Positions 14,421 to 20,430 of a stretch of 32,000 nucleotides of DNA are shown in pieces. The DNA is from Pyrodictium delaneyi (GTDB lineage: Archaea > Thermoproteota > Thermoprotei_A > Sulfolobales > Pyrodictiaceae). The position numbers and the translations under genes were made by a program. Below the pieces are notes generated by a model that had not been told where the DNA came from, ran no database searches, and worked only from the letters and a program-made list of their open reading frames with translations. How positions within the stretch are numbered: position 1 is the stretch's first letter; every line of letters begins with the position of its first letter. Location: the NCBI RefSeq assembly GCF_001412615.1, contig NZ_CP013011.1, forward strand, positions 54,931 to 86,930, read 5' to 3'.

Positions 14421-14581
14421 GAGACATCCACCTGACGGGTAAGCCAGGTAACTGCGTATTTCGCTGTGAGTATCACCGTGATTGCGAGAGCGATAGTAAC
14501 ATCTTTCGTGAGTAGATAAGCCAGCATACCCATTGATGCTATAATCATCATAATCGCCAAAACTGCTAGAGTGCGGAACAT
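14417..14581 (-). CDS. small 2-TM membrane protein (54 aa, below cutoff)
   Basis: Translated by hand: MFRTLAVLAIMMIIASMGMLAYLLTKDVTIALAITVILTAKYAVTWLTRQVDVS. It fills the only gap in the operon, sitting 5 nt after the upstream stop, and its own stop overlaps the next ATG. Confidence 0.55.
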   Translation of the reverse strand: MFRTLAVLAIMMIIASMGMLAYLLTKDVTIALAITVILTAKYAVTWLTRQVDVS

Positions 14582-14586
14582 GACTC

Positions 14587-15261
14587 TCACCCTGGCGTGT
14601 AGTTGCCGGGCGGCGGAAGCTCGTAGAGCGGCTTGCTCGGCAGCGTCACCTTGATGTCTATCGGCTTGGCTCCGATTTGGACTGGAACGCCCATGGCTGG
14701 CAGCACCACCAGGATGACTAGCACCGCGAGGCCCAGCCCCAGGAACATGCCGTACATCAGCAGGCTGTAGTCCTGTGCAACTACTCTTGCCACCTTGCTG
14801 AGCAGCTTGCTGTTGATTACCGCATAGCTCAACTCTGGTGGAAGCTGCCGCGCCTTAGCCCGCAGCGCCTCGCCGTCTACCTCGACTTCGAGGATGTTGC
14901 CCTCGCGGTCGGCTATCCACATGGGGACTAGGCGCTTGACCAGGTAGCGGCGTATCTCCACGTACTGCGGCCTAATCCCCCTCACGAGCCACGACTTCCC
15001 GCTCTTGTCCGAGACCGCCCAGCCGTCGCTCGTAATCCTCACAGTGTGCAGGACATAGTTGTTCTCGTCCACCTGCTCAAGCACCCAGCCATGCCCGACC
15101 ACTTTCTTCGCCGCCGTTATGCCCTGCTTCTCGGCCTCTTGCTCAGCCTCGGCTGTCTTCAGCCTGACTTCCCGCCTCATGCTCCAGAGCAGCAGCGCCA
15201 GGACTCCTATCGCGAGCGTGAGGGCGAATCCGGCTAGGCCTAGGATGGCCTCGAACTGCAT
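14587..15261 (-). CDS. bitopic membrane protein (N- and C-terminal TM)
   Basis: Hydrophobic segments ILGLAGFALTLAIGVLALLLW and LLMYGMFLGLGLAVLVILVVLPAMG flank a soluble middle domain. Confidence 0.7.
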   Translation of the reverse strand: MQFEAILGLAGFALTLAIGVLALLLWSMRREVRLKTAEAEQEAEKQGITAAKKVVGHGWVLEQVDENNYVLHTVRITSDGWAVSDKSGKSWLVRGIRPQYVEIRRYLVKRLVPMWIADREGNILEVEVDGEALRAKARQLPPELSYAVINSKLLSKVARVVAQDYSLLMYGMFLGLGLAVLVILVVLPAMGVPVQIGAKPIDIKVTLPSKPLYELPPPGNYTPG

Positions 15262-15271
15262 CCTCTCACCC

Positions 15272-15976
15272 CTAGACGGGCTTGATTATGTCTACTATGA
15301 GCTTCACGATTTCGGCCACGGTCTTGAACAGCTTCTCGAACATCCGGTAGATACGCTCGAAGAAATCGAGCCACATGGTTATGAAGCCGAGCAGCGGGAA
15401 CAGCGACCGCTCCCTCGCGGCGCGGTTAGCGCTGTCCACGAACGTTGCTAGTATCATCGTCAGCACTATCCAGGGTATCCACGGTATGATGTTCACGCCC
15501 CAGGCCTTTATGGTTGCAAACGCCCACACAACTATCTCGACGAACGACGTTAGTGCTGCTATCAGGGCGGCGCCTATGTTGAAGATGAGCCAGCCTAGGT
15601 TGAATATCAACTGTAGGATGTAGCTGCCGAACACGTCCAGGAACTTGACCACGGCGCCGATTATCGGCACGGCTTCTATCTTGTCCTTTATCCAATTCCA
15701 GAGGGATTTGGCCCCCTCTTGCACCTTGCAGCCTATGTAGCCGAATACGTCCCAGCTCAGCCAGCTGTCTGGCGGCTGGCAGCCAGTAGTGTTCGTGAAG
15801 TTGAAGCTCTGCACGAACTCGCGGAACGGTGTTGTATTATCGCTGTATATCGGGTTCTGGGCACCGGTAACATTGTAGAGTATCTCTATCGGGTTGGGCG
15901 GAGTAGTCATGTTCCAAGTAGTGGTCTGCCCCACTAGCAGCAAAGAAACAATGAGCAGGGGCAGCAGCCGGCGCAC
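15272..15976 (-). CDS. polytopic membrane glycoprotein with signal peptide
   Basis: MRRLLPLLIVSLLLVG-QTTT, five sequons in the first 65 aa (NMT, NVT, NTT, NFT, NTT), then at least 4 hydrophobic helices. Confidence 0.7.
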   Translation of the reverse strand: MRRLLPLLIVSLLLVGQTTTWNMTTPPNPIEILYNVTGAQNPIYSDNTTPFREFVQSFNFTNTTGCQPPDSWLSWDVFGYIGCKVQEGAKSLWNWIKDKIEAVPIIGAVVKFLDVFGSYILQLIFNLGWLIFNIGAALIAALTSFVEIVVWAFATIKAWGVNIIPWIPWIVLTMILATFVDSANRAARERSLFPLLGFITMWLDFFERIYRMFEKLFKTVAEIVKLIVDIIKPV

Positions 15977-15986
15977 GGTGCACCAC

Positions 15987-16268
15987 CTAGGCGGGCTTCT
16001 TCTCGACTAGGTATATCTCGACGGGTATCGGGCTGTACGCCTTCACCCAGTTCTTGTAGAGCTGGAACGCCTCGTCCCTGGCGATTCCCTCTAGTTCTAC
16101 TTCGGCCCTCTTCGCGTGGTCGCCGTAGACTTCCTTCGAGGCCGAGATGAACTGGAGTGTGCGGTGTGCTGCGAAGAGCCAGATTTTGAGTCGGCCGCGG
16201 ATTGCTATCGTTTTCCTACGCAGCGTTTTGCCGTCACCGTTGTATATCTTGACGATTATCTTGGGCAT
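15987..16268 (-). CDS. small basic soluble protein (93 aa)
   Basis: Track ORF 15987..16529 trimmed to ATG 16268 (MPKIIVKIYNGDGKTLRRK...). The upstream 87 codons are a His/Arg/Gly/Pro-rich shadow that overlaps the next gene. Confidence 0.6.
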   Translation of the reverse strand: MPKIIVKIYNGDGKTLRRKTIAIRGRLKIWLFAAHRTLQFISASKEVYGDHAKRAEVELEGIARDEAFQLYKNWVKAYSPIPVEIYLVEKKPA

Positions 16269-16285
16269 GCCCGTCACCCCGAGCT

Positions 16286-16522
16286 CTAGATTATCGCCTT
16301 CCCGAGGCGGTAGAGCAGCCACCCCGCTATCACCCCGAGAACCACCATCCAGACCGTGTTGGCGTCTATGCTCAGCGTGTAGTGGTGCTCCGGAGTCAAG
16401 GTTACCGTCGTGGTTACGGTTACGGTGGTCATGTTCGTGGTGTTGGTGTCGGTCTGGGCGAGGGACAGGAGAGCCACCACCGGGGCTATCCGGGGGATAC
16501 GTAGGCGCCACAGCTGCAACAC
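16286..16522 (-). CDS. small secreted/TM-anchored protein (78 aa), distant member of the AQT family
   Basis: An in-frame GTG at 16522 gives MLQLWRLRIPRIAPVVALLSLA-QTDTNTTNMTTVTVTTTVTLTP...VWMVVLGVIAGWLLYRL. The track ORF extends to 16609, but that extra part lies in the promoter region. Confidence 0.6.
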   Translation of the reverse strand: MLQLWRLRIPRIAPVVALLSLAQTDTNTTNMTTVTVTTTVTLTPEHHYTLSIDANTVWMVVLGVIAGWLLYRLGKAII

Positions 16523-16572
16523 CCAGCACCGATTGTAACTAGGAGCCCCGGCTCTGACTAAACTATTGTGGC

Positions 16573-16600
16573 GTGATGCACCTACATCACAGTGATGTAG
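16573..16600. promoter_or_regulatory. three GTGATG(C/T)A half-sites forming two overlapping palindromes in a divergent promoter
   Basis: GTGATGCA-CC-TACATCAC-A-GTGATGTAG. CTACATCAC-A-GTGATGTAG (16582-16600) is a perfect 9+1+9 palindrome. It lies in the 151-bp gap between the minus operon (start 16522) and the plus operon (start 16674). Confidence 0.5.
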
Positions 16601-16673
16601 CAACAACACTTAGCAGCCCATATCTAATTCCTGCTGCAACAACTGTTACACGACAGAGCGTGAGGTGTGAGAG

Positions 16674-16919
16674 GTGCGCATCCTATCCCGGCTCAAGGAG
16701 AAGATAGACGAGAAGAAGATAGCCAGGAAGATAGCCGAGCACCCCGAGGCAGTGGCGGCTCTAACCCTCGTGGCTCAGACAACTACAAACGACACCGCAA
16801 CCACGACAACAACTGTAGACCTAAGCCCGATGGTCAGCATAATCAGCAGCGTCATCCCGCTATTCGTGCTAGTAGCAGTCATAAAGATACTCTTCAAGAG
16901 CTTCAAGGACGTAGCATAG
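16674..16919 (+). CDS. small signal-peptide/TM protein, paralog 1 (81 aa)
   Basis: GTG start preceded by GAGGTG. Charged N-terminal helix ILSRLKEKIDEKK, then AVAALTLVA-QTTTNDTATTTTT, then C-terminal TM VIPLFVLVAVIKILFKSFKDVA. Confidence 0.7.
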   Translation: MRILSRLKEKIDEKKIARKIAEHPEAVAALTLVAQTTTNDTATTTTTVDLSPMVSIISSVIPLFVLVAVIKILFKSFKDVA

Positions 16920-16934
16920 CGGGGCTGAGCAGTA

Positions 16935-17141
16935 ATGGCCAGCATCAACCGAATCAAGGAGAGAGTAAAGAGCCTGGCCAGCAGGCTGGGCCCGCCTGCC
17001 GCCGGCGCCGCCGTCCTAGTCGCGCAGACCGACAGCATGACAACCACAATATCTCTGGTAAACAGTGTCATCCCGGTGCTAGTGCTGGTGATGGTTCTGA
17101 AGTTACTGTTCTCCAGCTTCAAGGAGATAAGCAAGGACTAG
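16935..17141 (+). CDS. small signal-peptide/TM protein, paralog 2 (68 aa)
   Basis: MASINRIKERVKSLASR...AAVLVA-QTDSMTTT...VIPVLVLVMVLKLLFSSFKEISKD. It is collinear with paralog 1. Confidence 0.7.
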   Translation: MASINRIKERVKSLASRLGPPAAGAAVLVAQTDSMTTTISLVNSVIPVLVLVMVLKLLFSSFKEISKD

Positions 17142-17143
17142 GG

Positions 17144-17362
17144 GTGGGACACGTGTTCAAGCAGCTCAAGGAGAGACTGAGGGCGGGTTTTCGCAGGGCG
17201 GCCCCAGCCGCCGCAGCGGCCCTAGCACTGGCGCAGACGAGCACTTCAACATCTGGCTACGACGCAGTCGGCACGGTAGTCACTATGCTCATAGCCGTGG
17301 CGCTGCCAGCGCTGATACTCGTCAGCATCGTAAAGATGATTATGAACCATATACGCGCCTAG
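17144..17362 (+). CDS. small signal-peptide/TM protein, paralog 3 (72 aa)
   Basis: The start is GTG 17144 or GTG 17153. (MGH)VFKQLKERLRAGFRR...AAALALA-QTSTSTS...LPALILVSIVKMIMNHIRA. It forms the C-terminal end of track ORF 16667..17362, the rest of which is a shadow. Confidence 0.65.
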   Translation: MGHVFKQLKERLRAGFRRAAPAAAAALALAQTSTSTSGYDAVGTVVTMLIAVALPALILVSIVKMIMNHIRA

Positions 17363-17544
17363 CGCCACTCGTAGCAGCGATAGCGTTCACGGCGCAGAGC
17401 GCAGTAGAGACAGTCATAGACGTAAACCAGCAGGTCGCGGCGCTCATAGGGGCGCTCACGGTCTTCCTGCCGGTCGCCATACCTGCCATCATACTGCTGA
17501 CTCTGCTGAAGATACTCTTCAGCGCCATGAAGCCAACGAGGTGA
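17359..17544 (+). pseudogene. fourth paralog with no start codon in its own frame
   Basis: Frame 1 reads LAPLVAAIAFTA-QSAVETVIDVNQQVAALIGALTVFLPVAIPAIILLTLLKILFSAMKPTR*. That frame is open from 17131 but contains no ATG, GTG or TTG before 17527. Confidence 0.45.
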
Positions 17545-17549
17545 CCCGC

Positions 17550-17657
17550 ATGGGGTTTTTCGAGCCCCTTCTCCTCGGCGCCCTGGTCTACATGGTTATC
17601 CTGTTCTCGATGGTGATGCGGGTTGGCGGTGAGGATGAGGAGTCTGGCGGTGGCTAG
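17550..17657 (+). CDS. possible 35-aa single-TM peptide
   Basis: Translated by hand: MGFFEPLLLGALVYMVILFSMVMRVGGEDEESGGG. It overlaps the start of the glycoprotein gene by 23 nt. It is short, so the call is weak. Confidence 0.3.
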   Translation: MGFFEPLLLGALVYMVILFSMVMRVGGEDEESGGG

Positions 17658-20091
17658 CCTGATTGCCCTCGCTGTGCTACTGCCCCTAGCGAGCTCGCAG
17701 ACCACGATGCTCCAGAACGTCTACTACCTGGACGTAGTCCAGGGACATTGGTACGCAGTATACACCGGCGGCACTCCATACAGAGTCTTCTACGTGGACG
17801 GCAGCGGGCAGACAGTCTATGTGACGTCGTACTGGTGGGACGCGAACCAGAGCTACATCATATTCCAGGCACCCATCACCGGTAAGGTGTATCTGCGCGA
17901 GGAGCCGAGCCTCACACTATCAACACTCAGCACCACGGGATGGTGGAACTCCATCTCTGCGAGCGTGACAATCACGACTAATAGCACGTTTCCGAACGGA
18001 ACATACACAATGACGTTTAATCCGGCAAGCATAACGTATGATGGGAAGCAGCTAAAGATTGGATACGCGGCGAGCATCACGAAGGGATGGTATGGCCGGC
18101 TCGATGTCAACACTAAGTATTTCTTCGACTTCCAGTCATCAATAACGATAGACGATAGCAGCCTGAGCGTGTATGCGCGCTACGTGACAAGCTACTACTG
18201 CTATCCGTCACCGACGTACTGTTGGGAGCAGCGGCCTGTCTACAGCTCGCCAATCAATGGCGTGGCCGTGAACAGACCCGACCCGACGCAGTGTAACGTA
18301 GTTGCAAAATATTCGTATGTCCATGGACTACTGACTGTCACTGCAACAATCACGAACTATGGTGGAAGTTGTGAAACAGGTCAGAACGAGTACATATTGA
18401 CACTATATACAACTAAGACAGTTGTTGTGAACGACTCGTTTACAGCGGACAATGGAAACACAGTTCATATTGTTGACAGTCTCACTTACGCGGACATAGT
18501 TGCAACCAGTAGTAGCGCGACGTACTATCTCCAGAGCAGCCAGTGGAGCATAACGTTCCCTAACAGCACAGACATTGATAAGCCGCTCGTGCTTCTGCTA
18601 CCAAGCAACATAAGCATGAGCAACCCGGCGGCCTACATCAAGAGTCCGCTAACGGCGTGGGCTGGCGTCGTGGCTAGGAGCGCTGGCAACTACACGCTGC
18701 TGGTCTTCAGCCCACCGGCCATGTACAACACTAGCAGCGTCAGCCTAGACCTGGTGGCAAACTATCCCTACCGCTACGCGATACCACCAATCAACGTGAG
18801 ATATGCAACCAGATTGGACATAGGCAGCATCCTGCCGGTATCGGGGAGCTTCAGCGTTGTGAACGGAGTAGCTGTGATAGACGGCAACATAAGCCTCGGG
18901 CAGCTCATAGGCTCAACGCTGCTGCTCCGCGGCGACCTAAGCAACGCCACCATCACAGGCGCAGAGGCCGGCAACATCACCATAGACGGCACCACGTGGC
19001 TAGCGCTCTACGTCTACGACACTAACGCCATGATAAGCGGGCATGCGGAGATAGCCGAGCTCATAGTCCTCGAGAACACCAGGACTATGATGGACTACAC
19101 TGCCAGCATGACGGCGGGCTGGGACATTAGACCGTATGAAGTAGTCTCGGTAGAGGCTATCAGCTCGGCGAGCGTCTCCGGGAGCTGGGCTTATAGGATA
19201 CCGGTCTACATCACGCTGTCGTATCTCCCGCAGAGCCTCACGGATACTGGCTACTTGTTCAGGCTGGAGCTGCCCATCGGCGACTGGATTAGAGCGGGGC
19301 TGCTATCACCTGCGCTCGAGGACTTGCTCATAGTGGACAGCTCGATGCAGCCGCTGCCATTCGCCATCATAAAGAACGACGGTGAGAAGGCCGTGGTATA
19401 CGTGCGCTACACCAGGCCGCTGCTCAGCCAGTCCATCGTGATATACATCCTGCTGAAGAACGAGCAGCTCTGGGGCACCGGGAACAGCTTCGCCAGCCTC
19501 GTAGCCACGTTCGACCGTATCAATCCCGCCGAGGGAGTGGACGACCTGGGGTGGAGCTACGGCTACAGCTACATGGTCTACAACGCCTGGCTGTTCATAG
19601 GCAACGCTACCATTGCAGCCGGGCCTACCACATTCGACTTCGTGGCCTGGGAGCCGTCCAGCGGGCTCATCTACGAGCAGCACGGCAGCCTGGTTACACA
19701 AAACATCTCAGTGACCCCCGCGAGCGGCGACGAGGTGCTGGTGCTCTTCAGCAACAATTATCAAGATGCTCTCGTGTATGTCGATGGCAAACCATGGTAT
19801 AGTATACCACTGGCAAGCTTCAACATGACATCGCCGGCGTACTACGTCAAGTGGAAGAGCGCCGGAGCCGTCTACGCTGGCAAGATGATACCATACTCGT
19901 ACGCAATCGGGCAGATTGTAGGCTCGCTGGAGCAGCCAGCGAAGGTGGAGATACAGCAGCCGGTGCCGCAGCAGCCGCAGCAGAGCGCGAGCATGTGGGA
20001 CTTGCTCGCCGCGATGGCACCGCTGTTCCTGCTAGCCATCATAGTGAGGCTGATGCAGAACCCGCCAGCGCCAGCCCCCTACCCCAGATAG
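17635..20091 (+). CDS. large virion-surface-type glycoprotein (818 aa): signal peptide, 14 sequons, C-terminal TM anchor
   Basis: Track ORF 17623..20091. ATG 17635 gives MRSLAVASLIALAVLLPLASS-QTT. I counted 14 N-x-S/T sequons by hand. The C-terminus is a QQPVPQQPQQ linker, then the TM segment MWDLLAAMAPLFLLAIIVRLM, then a Pro-rich tail. Confidence 0.85.
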   Translation: MRSLAVASLIALAVLLPLASSQTTMLQNVYYLDVVQGHWYAVYTGGTPYRVFYVDGSGQTVYVTSYWWDANQSYIIFQAPITGKVYLREEPSLTLSTLSTTGWWNSISASVTITTNSTFPNGTYTMTFNPASITYDGKQLKIGYAASITKGWYGRLDVNTKYFFDFQSSITIDDSSLSVYARYVTSYYCYPSPTYCWEQRPVYSSPINGVAVNRPDPTQCNVVAKYSYVHGLLTVTATITNYGGSCETGQNEYILTLYTTKTVVVNDSFTADNGNTVHIVDSLTYADIVATSSSATYYLQSSQWSITFPNSTDIDKPLVLLLPSNISMSNPAAYIKSPLTAWAGVVARSAGNYTLLVFSPPAMYNTSSVSLDLVANYPYRYAIPPINVRYATRLDIGSILPVSGSFSVVNGVAVIDGNISLGQLIGSTLLLRGDLSNATITGAEAGNITIDGTTWLALYVYDTNAMISGHAEIAELIVLENTRTMMDYTASMTAGWDIRPYEVVSVEAISSASVSGSWAYRIPVYITLSYLPQSLTDTGYLFRLELPIGDWIRAGLLSPALEDLLIVDSSMQPLPFAIIKNDGEKAVVYVRYTRPLLSQSIVIYILLKNEQLWGTGNSFASLVATFDRINPAEGVDDLGWSYGYSYMVYNAWLFIGNATIAAGPTTFDFVAWEPSSGLIYEQHGSLVTQNISVTPASGDEVLVLFSNNYQDALVYVDGKPWYSIPLASFNMTSPAYYVKWKSAGAVYAGKMIPYSYAIGQIVGSLEQPAKVEIQQPVPQQPQQSASMWDLLAAMAPLFLLAIIVRLMQNPPAPAPYPR

Positions 20092-20094
20092 CGC

Positions 20095-20099
20095 TTTTT
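20095..20099 (+). terminator. oligo-T (T5) immediately after the glycoprotein stop
   Basis: tag-cgc-TTTTT-g. Archaeal terminators are typically oligo-T tracts, but a single T5 is weak evidence. Confidence 0.3.
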
Positions 20100-20139
20100 G
20101 CACTATCCGCTGCTCTCTACACTAGAGGGTGCACCAGAT

Positions 20140-20427
20140 ATGGCAAGGAATGTCTATCTGGGGCGCGACTGCCTAAGCCCGCCATGCGTAGATGACCGTG
20201 GCCGGAGAGGCCTAGACCGCATCTCGGAAGTCAAGGACATAGCCGACCGCATCATAGAGGACTGTGAGGCTGGACGCATATCCTATAGAACAGCAATGGC
20301 AAGGATGAATCTCCTAGAGCTCGTGGTCAGCAGGGACAGCAGCTTCTCGGTGGAGCAGCGGCTGAAGGCCCGCCGGCTCATAGACCGCAAGAGAGAGGAG
20401 CTCATGGAGAAGTGTGGCGGTGAGTAA
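20140..20427 (+). CDS. hypothetical soluble protein (95 aa)
   Basis: Track ORF 20098..20427 (TTG start) trimmed to ATG 20140 (MARNVYLGRDCLSPPC...). Confidence 0.5.
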   Translation: MARNVYLGRDCLSPPCVDDRGRRGLDRISEVKDIADRIIEDCEAGRISYRTAMARMNLLELVVSRDSSFSVEQRLKARRLIDRKREELMEKCGGE

Positions 20428-20430
20428 GCC

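Noticed and set aside
15987-16609. Long versions of two minus-strand ORFs (15987..16529, 180 aa; 16286..16609, 107 aa) that overlap each other.
   Set aside because: The N-terminal extensions are low-complexity (HQHHEHDHRNRNHDG...) or lie in the promoter gap. Internal starts at 16268 (ATG) and 16522 (GTG) give non-overlapping, sensible proteins.
16667-17362. A 231-aa plus-strand ORF spanning the whole small-protein array.
   Set aside because: Its first ~160 codons are an Arg/Gly/Pro/Asp-rich shadow running across paralogs 1 and 2, which are in another frame. Only the last ~72 codons, from GTG 17144/17153, form the paralog-3 protein.
18301-18480. A G+C dip (38-42% by hand counts of three lines, and 40% at 18001-18060) inside the glycoprotein gene, considered as evidence for a swapped receptor-binding domain.
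   Set aside because: The neighbouring lines vary widely (50-58%) and the low stretch is short and discontinuous. Hand counts on a few lines cannot support a mosaicism claim. A sliding-window analysis and a comparison with related elements are needed.
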